This document shows, piece by piece, positions 48,742 through 57,916 of a DNA stretch of 64,000 nucleotides. A program made the translations under genes and the position numbers. Position 1 is the stretch's first letter; the number at the start of each line of letters is the position of its first letter. Below the pieces are notes generated by a model. It worked only from the letters and a program-made list of their open reading frames with translations. It did not search any database and had not been told where the DNA came from. Source of the stretch: an uncultured Gemmatimonadales bacterium (GTDB lineage: Bacteria; Gemmatimonadota; Gemmatimonadetes; Gemmatimonadales; Gemmatimonadaceae); the NCBI GenBank assembly GCA_963707505.1, contig CAVPQB010000002.1, forward strand, positions 1-64,000, in the 5' to 3' direction.

Positions 48742-49788
48742 TTACCCCACGATGCGCCGCTGGATACTCTCGGGCTCGTAGGTAACCTCCCGGGCAGGTT
48801 TATCATCGCGGACGCCGAGGAATATCGGCTGGCGAAGGCGGCCATCGGCGGTCCATTCGCTGAACTTCACTTCGACAACCACTTTCGGCCTTACCCACGT
48901 CGCTGGCTCGTTTGTTCGTGGCTCCTCTTCAAACGGCGACGTCTTTCGGATCAACGGGTCGAGGCGTTGGCGCATCGCTCGAAGGCCTTCGCGAGTGAAG
49001 CCGCCGCCCATGTGGCCGGCGTAGATCAACTTGGCGCGCGCGTCGTAGTATCCCAGCAGAAGAGCGCCGATGTCCTTGCGGCTTTTGCGTGGCGCGGTGA
49101 AGCCGCCGACGACGAACTCCTGCTCGAAGTCGATCTTGAGCTTGAGCCATGCGTCGGATCGAGCACCGGGCGTGTAGCGCGCGTCGGTGCGTTTTGCAAT
49201 GACGCCTTCCCAGCCTTTATCCGTTGCGCGTTTAAGCATCGCGCTACCATCTCGTCTCGTCGGCGAGAGACGAATGTGTCGGGCGACGGGATCGGCGGCA
49301 CGGCCGCGTTTGGTCGTCGCCAGCCCGGCAAAGAGTGATTCGAGATGCTCGCGGCGATCTGTCCAGGGGAGCCGAGTGAGGTTTGTGCCGTCGTCGCTCA
49401 GGATATCGAAGGCAATGAGTGCGGCAGGCATGTGTTGAGCCGCGGCCGCGATGTCATCGGCGCCTTTCAGATGCATGCGGCTCTGCAGAGCCTGGAATCG
49501 AGCAGGCTCGCCGCGCAGCAGGGCAACGATCTCTCCATCGAGTGTGAATGGCTGACCAAGTTGCACACCCAGCTCGGCGAGCGCCGCAGTGATTTCAGGA
49601 AACTGCCGCGCCTTGTCGTTTCCATTTCGAGTCATGAGGCGCACACCGCGTGCTGTTACTTGTGCGACTGCTCGGACGCCGTCGTACTTGGGCTCGAAAG
49701 TCCAGCTCCGGCCGGTGGGGATTTCGTGACCCACACTGGCGTACATGGGCTCGGGTCCCGGACGGGTGTCGCCGACAGGCGGGCTCAT
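48742..49788 (-). CDS. ligD: ATP-dependent DNA ligase, NHEJ LigD ligase domain only
   Basis: FEPKYDG, LDGEIV, AFDIL, EGVIAK, WLKLK and LRQPIFLGVRDDK. No polymerase or phosphoesterase domain. Confidence 0.9.
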   Translation of the reverse strand: MSPPVGDTRPGPEPMYASVGHEIPTGRSWTFEPKYDGVRAVAQVTARGVRLMTRNGNDKARQFPEITAALAELGVQLGQPFTLDGEIVALLRGEPARFQALQSRMHLKGADDIAAAAQHMPAALIAFDILSDDGTNLTRLPWTDRREHLESLFAGLATTKRGRAADPVARHIRLSPTRRDGSAMLKRATDKGWEGVIAKRTDARYTPGARSDAWLKLKIDFEQEFVVGGFTAPRKSRKDIGALLLGYYDARAKLIYAGHMGGGFTREGLRAMRQRLDPLIRKTSPFEEEPRTNEPATWVRPKVVVEVKFSEWTADGRLRQPIFLGVRDDKPAREVTYEPESIQRRIVG

Positions 49789-49801
49789 GGCAGCGTCGCG
49801 G

Positions 49802-50551
49802 CTACTTGAGCGGATTGCTCTGCCATGATCCATACATCGGGTTCGGAAGAGCGAAGAAAGTGTCGCCGAATCTGGCGAAGGCGCTTTCAGGCTCACTCCG
49901 AATTGCCTGGGAAAGGTGCGGAAAATCCTGGATGTTATCGCCAACCCATTCGAGGACTGCTATCGCCGGGAAGCCGGGCGACGCGGTACCGTTCTGCACG
50001 GCGTCGAAGCGCGGGTTCTTGTCATCGTTGTCGGTCTTGCACACAACCAGATCCGCCTTGATCGAGACCCGATCGAGGTTGGCGCGGGTGGCTGGACATC
50101 CCTTGTCGCTTCGATTGCTGACGATCACAACCTTGCCACCGAGCTGATGCACGCGGCTGGTGAACGTGACAGCTCCGGGAAGTGCCGGCGCGCGTCCGGC
50201 CGCTACCCAGGCATCCCAGGCATTGGCATCGAACGATCCGCCGAACGGTACACGGGCTAACTCATAATCCGAGTTGTCGAGAACAGTTTCGTCGGCGTCC
50301 AGAATCACACCCCACGATCCCGGCGCGAGGCCAGCGGAGAGGGACTCGAGCCTGTTGGCTGCAGCGCGATACGTCTCGATGAAGATCGCGGCGTGCTCGG
50401 CGGATACACGGGACCACTGGACGTCGCGCGCGGTAGTTGTTGAGCCCGTGCTGCGGCTGGTGTCGCGGCGACGTTGGGCATTGGCGCGCAGGCACCGAGT
50501 CCGACTGAAAACAGGATTGGCGAGAGCGGTAGCGGACGAGCGAGTTGTCAT
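49802..50551 (-). CDS. HAD class C acid phosphatase / 5'-nucleotidase, e(P4)-like
   Basis: LDADETVLDNS, SNR, GDNIQDF and LPNPMYGSW. A lipobox is hidden in an alternative frame. Confidence 0.88.
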   Translation of the reverse strand: MTTRSSATALANPVFSRTRCLRANAQRRRDTSRSTGSTTTARDVQWSRVSAEHAAIFIETYRAAANRLESLSAGLAPGSWGVILDADETVLDNSDYELARVPFGGSFDANAWDAWVAAGRAPALPGAVTFTSRVHQLGGKVVIVSNRSDKGCPATRANLDRVSIKADLVVCKTDNDDKNPRFDAVQNGTASPGFPAIAVLEWVGDNIQDFPHLSQAIRSEPESAFARFGDTFFALPNPMYGSWQSNPLK

Positions 50552-50573
50552 GGATTTCGGTTGAGAGTCTGGT

Positions 50574-50587
50574 CGAACGATCGTTCG
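50574..50587. promoter_or_regulatory. 14-bp palindrome CGAAC-GATC-GTTCG (candidate operator)
   Basis: Intergenic, between divergent phosphatase-ligD and ku. Matches the Gram-positive-type LexA box GAAC-N4-GTTC. Confidence 0.4.
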
Positions 50588-50695
50588 GATCAGTACGGTA
50601 TCACAAATATTGTATTCTACATTCGGCACTTCTCTTGCTTCCTTTCTCGTTTGCAAGGACCGGGCTTCACCGGCCTTCACGAGGAGATGGGTAAC

Positions 50696-51544
50696 ATGGC
50701 TAGCGTCTGGAAAGGGTCACTCAGCTTCGGTCTCGTGAGCATTCCGGTCGAGCTACGTCCGGCCGTGAGGGAAGACCACGTCAGCTTCCGCCTTCTGTAC
50801 AAGAAGGACCTCTCACCGGTAAAGTACGAGCGCTTCTCCGCAAAGGGAGATGGGCCGCTCGCGTGGGATGACATCGTGAAGGGATTCGAGTTCGAGAAGG
50901 GGCAGTACGTCGTACTCACCGACCAGGATTTCAAGGCAGCGGCGCTTGGTAAATCGACGTCGATCGAGATTCTGGATTTCGTGGAGCAGGCCGAGATCGA
51001 TCCGCGATACTTCGAGACGCCATACTACCTGACGCCCACCAAGGGCGGCGAGAAGCCATACGCGCTGCTGCGCGCTGCAATCAGCAATACGAACGTCGTG
51101 GGAATCGGGAAGATCGTGATGCGTAACACGCAGCATCTCGTGGGCATCAAGGCGAGCGGCGACGCGTTGATGCTGGAGATAATGCGGTTCGCGAACGAGC
51201 TGGTGGAGACCGACGAGCTTCACTTCCCCAAACGTGCCGACGTGCGGCCACAGGAGCTCCACATGGCGGAGCAGCTGGTGCACAACCTTGCGGCCGATTT
51301 CGACCCTGATAAGTACACCGACGAATACCGCGCGAATCTCATGAAGATCATTCGCGCGAAGATGAGCGGCAAGAAGGTGAAGGGTGTGCGGACGACAGCC
51401 GCAGCCACGCACGACGACAAGGTCATCGACCTCATGGCGCGTCTGCGTGAGAGTCTTGCAGAAGGCAAGAAGAAGCCAGCACGAGCAGCGCGAGCAGCAC
51501 GAGCACGCAGGAAGACTGCGACGCGCCGGAAGAAGAGCGCGTAG
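50696..51544 (+). CDS. ku: Ku protein (NHEJ)
   Basis: WKGSLSFGLVSIPV, IVKGFE, IDPRYFETPYYL, VIDLMARLRESL and a basic tail. Confidence 0.95.
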   Translation: MASVWKGSLSFGLVSIPVELRPAVREDHVSFRLLYKKDLSPVKYERFSAKGDGPLAWDDIVKGFEFEKGQYVVLTDQDFKAAALGKSTSIEILDFVEQAEIDPRYFETPYYLTPTKGGEKPYALLRAAISNTNVVGIGKIVMRNTQHLVGIKASGDALMLEIMRFANELVETDELHFPKRADVRPQELHMAEQLVHNLAADFDPDKYTDEYRANLMKIIRAKMSGKKVKGVRTTAAATHDDKVIDLMARLRESLAEGKKKPARAARAARARRKTATRRKKSA

Positions 51545-51720
51545 GCGCCGGAAAAGCGCGCGAGGCGCCGGAAGCGCGCGGAGGCGCCGAGGGTGCGTGG
51601 CGCGGCTTCACACTCGCCGCGCCGGAGCGTATGCTTCACTGGTGTGGCGCATCCATCGTACCGACTTGCAACATACGTCTCCCGCGGTAGCGGGAACGAC
51701 GGCCTGAGGAAACGACGATC

Positions 51721-53851
51721 ATGTCGTTCCGTCTTCTAGTTGCATGGCTGCTCCTCGGCAGCGGCATCGCGACTCCAGCAATCAACGCACAGCAAGTGAA
51801 ATATCCCCAGACGCATCGCGGCGCGGTTTCCGACGACTACTTCGGAACCCGGGTCCCGGATCCGTACCGCTGGATGGAAGATCTGAACAGTCCGCAAACC
51901 GCGGCGTGGATCGGCGAACAGAATCACTTCACCAACTCGTTCCTGGCGCAGTTCCCGTTGCGCGACACGCTGCGCAACCGACTGACGGAGCTTTTCAACT
52001 ACGCACGCGTGACGGTGCCGCAGATGATTCCCGGAAAGCGACTTTTCTACCGGCGCAACGCGGGTCTCCAGAACCAGGCGGTGCTCTACGTGCGCGACGG
52101 TGTGGATGGCACGCCGCGCGCCGTGCTCGATCCCAATACGCTCTCCGCTGACGGATCGATCGCATTGCAGGAATCGGCTCCGTCTCCCGATGGACGCTAC
52201 CTCGCCTACGCACTCGCGCAGGGTGGCGCAGACTGGCGCACGGTACACATTCGCGACGTTGCATCGGGTCAGGATGTAGCCGATACGTTGCGCTGGGTGC
52301 GTTTCTCGGAGCTTTCATGGACGCGCGATGGTCGTGGGTTTTTCTACTCGCGCTATCCAGAGCCGCCTGCCGGCAGGGCGTTATCCGCAGCACTATCCGG
52401 GCACGCAGTCTACTATCACACCGTGGGCACGCCCCAGGCAGACGATCGTGCGATCCTTGGCGGTGGCGAGCTCGTCCGTTACTTCGTGGGATGCAACGTC
52501 AGCGACGACGGCCGTTACGTGTTCTGCACCGCAAGCGCGGGCGCAGACAACAGGAACCGGTTGTACTTCGCTGATCTGGCTGATCCCATGCATCCGAGCG
52601 TGAGCACTCCACTCACTTCGATCGTGAGCCAGGATCTCGCACAATTTCACGTAATCGGCAACGTCGGCTCTACCGCGTACATTCTGACCGACGAGGGCTC
52701 GCCACGCCGTCGTATCGTGTCGCTGGATCTTGCGACTGCAGACCGCGCGCACATGCGTACCGTAATTCCGGAATCGAACTTCGCTATAGAATCGGCGACA
52801 ATGGCCGGCGGCCGAATCGTCGTTCAGTATCTCGAGGATGTGAAGAGCATCGTACGCGTTTTCGACGTTCTGGGCAAACCCCTCGGCGCAATTCCGTTGC
52901 CGGGGGTGGGTACGGTGAGCGGACTGAGCGCACGGAATGACACGCCGGAGATGTTCTATGCATTCACGTCGCCACTCGTTCCGACGAGTGTGTACCAGTT
53001 CAACGTGGAGTCTCACGAGACCAGACCGTTCGAGCGGACCAGGCTGACGTTCGATCCAGCGACGTACGAGACCCGTCAGGTCTTCGCGACTTCGAAAGAC
53101 GGTACGAAGATCCCGCTCTTCATCACAATGAAGAGGGGAACGGTGTTGGACGGCTCGCATCCGACAATCCTGTACGCGTATGGTGGCTTCGACGTCAGTG
53201 TGCTGCCAGCGTTCAGCCCCGCAATTCCGGCATGGGTAGAGCGTGGGGGCATCTACGTAACCGCGAACATTCGCGGCGGCGGTGAATATGGTGAGGCATG
53301 GCACGAGGCGGGCATGCTCGCAAGGAAGCAGAACGTGTTCGACGATTTCGTCGCCGCAGCGGAATATCTGGTTACGGAACGATACACGTCGGCGCGCAAG
53401 TTGATCATGCAGGGCGGGTCGAACGGCGGACTACTTGTCGGCGCGGTTACAACACAGCGTCCCGACCTGTTCGCTGTCGCACTTCCCGCTGTCGGCGTGA
53501 TGGACATGCTTCGCTACGACAGGTTCACCGGCGGAGCCGCATGGGCCACAGAATATGGATCGTCGTCGGACTCGGCGATGTTCCCGGTGCTGCTCAAGTA
53601 CTCGCCGTTGCAGAACATCCGGGCCGGAACGTGCTATCCCGCGACGCTTGCAACTACTGCGGACCATGACGATCGTGTGGTGCCGAGTCATACGTACAAG
53701 TACGTAGCGGCATTACAGGCGGCACAGGCGTGTCCGAGGCCGGTGATGGTGAGGAGTCGAGACCCAGAGCAGTCACGGTTACCGGCCGACGATGAAGCTC
53801 ATCGCGGAGATTGCGGACGAGCTGACGTTTGCACTGGTGAACACGCCCTGA
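51721..53851 (+). CDS. Secreted prolyl oligopeptidase (S9A), +1 frameshift at ~53755
   Basis: DPYRWME, GGSNGGLL and DHDDRV. The catalytic His segment VETQSSHG lies in the +1 frame, ending at TGA 53849-53851. Confidence 0.92.
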
Positions 53852-53876
53852 GATCAGGCGCGTGTCGTACGCGCCA

Positions 53877-54728
53877 TTACCATCTGTAATTCCAGGCAAA
53901 GGTCATCGCGCGTCCGCCGCTCATCTGAGATACGCCAACGGGAAGCAGCCACCTGTCGATAGCATTGTGCGGATGTGCTCGCGCGTACCGGACGACCACT
54001 CTGGATACGAGCGTCCCGACTGCTGCGCCGGCTACGACGTCACTTGCCCAATGCTTGTCCTCATAGATTCGTGCAGCCCCGACAAGGGACGCGGATGTAA
54101 ATAGTACGGGCGTCCACAGATGGGACGCATGTGGCCACAGGTATCCGATCTCCTGGCTTACAGCAGACGCTGCGGCAAACGCCGTCGTGACGTGACCCGA
54201 TGGGAACGACGTGTAGTTGTCATCGTGAAATCCGCGACCGAATTTGTACATGTGCGGATTCGTGTCGCTGCTGACGAATGGGCGAGCACGGCCGGCGAAT
54301 CCCTTGATCGCCAGTGTGGTGAGCCCGGCCGCACCTATGGACTCGATCGTACGGAGTCCGAGCTCCGCTGAGCGTGGCGAATCTTCGACCCGTCCATACA
54401 CGTACGTCGCGCCAGCGATGATGATTGAGCCTGGCTCGCCGAGCACGCGGAAGCCGGTCATCGTGTGCCTGAGTGCGGTGTTGTTCTGCAGCGACTGCCG
54501 TTGTGATTCGACTGCAATGTGGCGGTCCAACGGCATGACCGCCGCAGTGCCCAGCACGAATGCAGCCGCAGTGATCGCATCGCGTCGACTCAGGACATCG
54601 CTGTGATGGACCGATGTATCACTTATGGCGTCTTGTATGGCCTCTTGCGCGGCAACAGATGCGGTCGGAAGAATTGCAAGTGAGATGAATACAGCGACCA
54701 ACGCGATGCCATGGCGGCGACCTTTCAT
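53877..54728 (-). CDS. PAP2-family phosphatase
   Basis: KGFAGRARP, SFPSGH and ARIYEDKHWASDV. Confidence 0.92.
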   Translation of the reverse strand: MKGRRHGIALVAVFISLAILPTASVAAQEAIQDAISDTSVHHSDVLSRRDAITAAAFVLGTAAVMPLDRHIAVESQRQSLQNNTALRHTMTGFRVLGEPGSIIIAGATYVYGRVEDSPRSAELGLRTIESIGAAGLTTLAIKGFAGRARPFVSSDTNPHMYKFGRGFHDDNYTSFPSGHVTTAFAAASAVSQEIGYLWPHASHLWTPVLFTSASLVGAARIYEDKHWASDVVAGAAVGTLVSRVVVRYARAHPHNAIDRWLLPVGVSQMSGGRAMTFAWNYRW

Positions 54729-54752
54729 GCCGTCAATTGTAACCGTTTTACC

Positions 54753-56246
54753 TTACGCATAGATGTCAGCTCGAGTTAGCGGGATCTCCGAGCTGCCGTC
54801 ATCCCTGCGTTTCGCCAACAACAACTGATCTATCGCCAGCCGCCCGGAAGCGAATCCATATGCTGAAGCAGCCATGTACAGCCGCCAGATCCTGTAGATC
54901 TCCTCTCCCACAGATGCCACGGCGGTAGCACGCTCGGCTTCCAGCCTCTGCACCCACTTGCGCAACGTGAGCGCGTAGTGCTCGCGTAGCGACTCCGCAT
55001 CGCGCGTCTCGAAGCCGGCAGCTTCGGCGGTCGAAACGACTTCTGCGAGCTCAGGCAATTCACCGTCAGGGAACACATAGGTGTTGATGAAGGCGTTATC
55101 GCCCCACACTCTCTCGAAAACCCGATCACGAAGCTTGGGTTTCTGGTTGCCAGCCGCGTGGACGATTCCGTGGTTCAACAGCAGCCCGCCGGGCCGCAGA
55201 TACTTGAAGAGCCGCTCGAAATACACGGGCAGCTTGGCGCGCCCCACGTGCTCGACCATGCCGACGCTGGCAATCTTATCGAAATCTTGATCTGCCGTCA
55301 GATGGCGGTAGTCGCGCACCTCGACCGTGCAGCGCGATTCGAGGCCTTTTTCCCGGATTCGCTCCCGTGCAAATGCAGCCTGTTCGTAACTGAGCGTTAT
55401 CCCGAGGGCGTTGACGCCAAAGCGCTCGGCAGCATGCATTATGAGACCGCCCCAGCCGCAGCCCACGTCCAGCATTTTTTCTCCAGGGCTCAGTCGGAGC
55501 TTTCGGCAGATGTGCTCAAGCTTGGCTTCCTGCGCGTCGTCGAGCGATGCATCGATGTTTGTGAAGTAGCCACAGGAATAGACCATTCGTTTATCAAGCC
55601 AGAGCTTGTAGAAGTCATTGCCGACGTCGTAATGAGATCTCACGGCTGCGGCGTCGCGCTCCGGGGTATGAAGCGCGCCGGTCTCGGGTGCTCTGACGAC
55701 TGGATGTGGGGCCGGCGTATCGCCGACGGGAAGAGTCAGTAGCGCGCGGGTAAGCCGCGCGAGGCGGAATGGACTGGCGAGGCCGCCCCTCAGATTGCGT
55801 TCGAGCGCGGTGGCCCGCTCGATATCGCCAATGACGTCGAAATCGGCTGCGATGAAGGCTTCGCAGATGGAAAGCTCGAATGGGGGACGCAACATCCGGC
55901 GCAGCGTGCCGGGATGGTTCAGCACGAGCGTGAAGGCGGGCGTAGCATCGTTGGCGCCATCGACCTCTCCGTTCCAGAACTGGACTGCGAAGGTTCGTTG
56001 CTCGGGGGGCCCGAAAAGAAGCTCGAGGGCGGTACGTGCGGCTTCGAACTCACCGGAGGTTTTCGGGTAGATCGGGGGGGTGGGAGTCGGCGCCTGGTGG
56101 GCGTTAGCAACTGCGGAAGTTTGTGCCGGGTCGTCTATCAGGCGGCGGCGTGTGCGTGCCTGCTTGCGATCAATACCAGTACCCATGTGGCCATGCACTC
56201 CATGAGCGCCCAAGGCGCGAATGTGGTTCCCAAACCCATGTTGCAT
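54753..56246 (-). CDS. cfa: Cyclopropane-fatty-acyl-phospholipid synthase family methyltransferase (start uncertain)
   Basis: HYDVGNDFY, MVYSCGYF, LDVGCGWG, SVGMVEHVG and HYALTL. Confidence 0.92.
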   Translation of the reverse strand: MQHGFGNHIRALGAHGVHGHMGTGIDRKQARTRRRLIDDPAQTSAVANAHQAPTPTPPIYPKTSGEFEAARTALELLFGPPEQRTFAVQFWNGEVDGANDATPAFTLVLNHPGTLRRMLRPPFELSICEAFIAADFDVIGDIERATALERNLRGGLASPFRLARLTRALLTLPVGDTPAPHPVVRAPETGALHTPERDAAAVRSHYDVGNDFYKLWLDKRMVYSCGYFTNIDASLDDAQEAKLEHICRKLRLSPGEKMLDVGCGWGGLIMHAAERFGVNALGITLSYEQAAFARERIREKGLESRCTVEVRDYRHLTADQDFDKIASVGMVEHVGRAKLPVYFERLFKYLRPGGLLLNHGIVHAAGNQKPKLRDRVFERVWGDNAFINTYVFPDGELPELAEVVSTAEAAGFETRDAESLREHYALTLRKWVQRLEAERATAVASVGEEIYRIWRLYMAASAYGFASGRLAIDQLLLAKRRDDGSSEIPLTRADIYA

Positions 56247-56467
56247 AAATCGCGCAGCGGCCGCTGGGCGAGGTCAGGATCGGAGAACGTCGGCGGCCGG
56301 AAGGCAATTCCAAACGTTTTGGCGTAGCAACCTGTAATGATGTTAGAAGAGGCCGAATATTTTTCGACCTCTCCGGCGGAACGCCGGAAACGCAGAGGCC
56401 TGCGGACGCTGCTAGACTGGCAGCGACGGCACACGGTGCCCGCCGCGGGCCGGTACAAACAACTTTC

Positions 56468-57916
56468 ATGACAATTCAATTGCAGCCTAGAGGAATTTCC
56501 GGCCGTTGGGGCGTCAGCACCGCAGGACGGACAGGAGGCCTGCTTCTTCTGATTCTGGGAGTCGCACTCCTTCCCGTCGTTGCCGCAGGGGCACAGGGCG
56601 CCACGAAGACTCAGGATTCCGTGAGCGCCGGCACTCAGCCGGTCACGCTCTCGGAGGCCATCCGGCTCGCGCAGCAAAACTCGCCGGCGGCGATTGGCGC
56701 GCGCGGCAGTGTGGAATCGGGCAGGGTGGCTGTCCGCACCGCTTACGGCGCGTTTTTGCCAAGCATCACGGCGAGCTTTGGCGCAGGTCGCCAGTTCACC
56801 GGTGCAGGATCACTTACGCGCGTGAACTCTGCGGGTGAGACTGTAACCATCGCTGGCGATAAATGGAACTACAGCAATTCGCTGGGATTCAGCGCTCAGT
56901 TGTTCAACTTCCAGAACTTTCCGAATCTCAATGCCGCGAAGGCCGAGGCTGCAGCGGCTACACAGGGCGCGGTCACGCAATCGTTCACAATCGCGCTGAA
57001 CGTGGAGCAGCAGTTCTATGCGTCGCTCTCGGCGCTCGAGAGTGAAGAAGCAGCACGCACCCAACTGGCGCAGGCGGTTCAGCAACTGGATGCGTCGCGC
57101 CGGCGTGTTGTAGCGGGTGCCGCGACTGCGTCTGATTCACTGACTGCGGTCGTGCAGATTGCAAATGCGCAGCTGGCACTTCGCTCTGCGCAGAATGCGA
57201 GGCGCGACGCCAACGCGACGCTCACCCGACTCGTGGGATCGAGCGTGCCACTTTCAGCTGCGCTCAACGATCCAGAAGTCACAGCGCGCGACACGGTGCA
57301 GATCGACAGTGCCGCAGTTGTCGCACGAGCAGAGGCTGCGCCCAATATTGCTCAGGACGTTTATCTGCTGACTGCCGCCGAACAGCGACGCAAGGCAGCA
57401 CGCGCCGCGTACCTGCCGACAATCAGCGCCAACTACTCACGCGGCGGGAGTGGCGCCGGAGCATATGGGCTTGGCAACGACCCTTTCATATACACCGGAC
57501 AGCTCAACTTCTCAATGAGCATACCGATTTTCAATGGATTCCAGAGGGAAGGACAGTTGGCGAACGCCACCATCAATCAGGCCAACGCTGCGGCGACGCT
57601 GCGGGACGCCAAGCTGGCGGCGCAACAACTATCCGTGCAGTACATCGACGCACTTCGTCTCGGGCAGGAGCAGGTCCTGGTCCAGACGGCCTCGATTGCC
57701 GCGGCAACTGAAAACGTGCGCGTGGTGCAGCAGCGGTACAATCTCGGACTATCAACGATCGTAGACTTGCTCACAGCTCAGACGACATTGAACCAGGCAC
57801 AAGCAAACCTCATCGCCGCGCGCAACACAGTACGGTTGGCAACGGCGCAGATCGAAGCACTCATTGGGCAGCCACTCGTCACCGTCACAACCGGATCGAA
57901 CGGAGTCACACGATGA
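56468..57916 (+). CDS. TolC-family outer membrane protein
   Basis: Two OEP repeats (FLPSITAS, YLPTISAN) and RYNLGLSTIVDLLTAQ. Confidence 0.92.
   Translation: MTIQLQPRGISGRWGVSTAGRTGGLLLLILGVALLPVVAAGAQGATKTQDSVSAGTQPVTLSEAIRLAQQNSPAAIGARGSVESGRVAVRTAYGAFLPSITASFGAGRQFTGAGSLTRVNSAGETVTIAGDKWNYSNSLGFSAQLFNFQNFPNLNAAKAEAAAATQGAVTQSFTIALNVEQQFYASLSALESEEAARTQLAQAVQQLDASRRRVVAGAATASDSLTAVVQIANAQLALRSAQNARRDANATLTRLVGSSVPLSAALNDPEVTARDTVQIDSAAVVARAEAAPNIAQDVYLLTAAEQRRKAARAAYLPTISANYSRGGSGAGAYGLGNDPFIYTGQLNFSMSIPIFNGFQREGQLANATINQANAAATLRDAKLAAQQLSVQYIDALRLGQEQVLVQTASIAAATENVRVVQQRYNLGLSTIVDLLTAQTTLNQAQANLIAARNTVRLATAQIEALIGQPLVTVTTGSNGVTR

Noticed and set aside
51478..51592. 9-bp ARA repeats in the Ku tail and three AGGCGCCG units after its stop
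   Set aside because: Basic low-complexity Ku tails are normal. The downstream units are short, irregular and not CRISPR-like.
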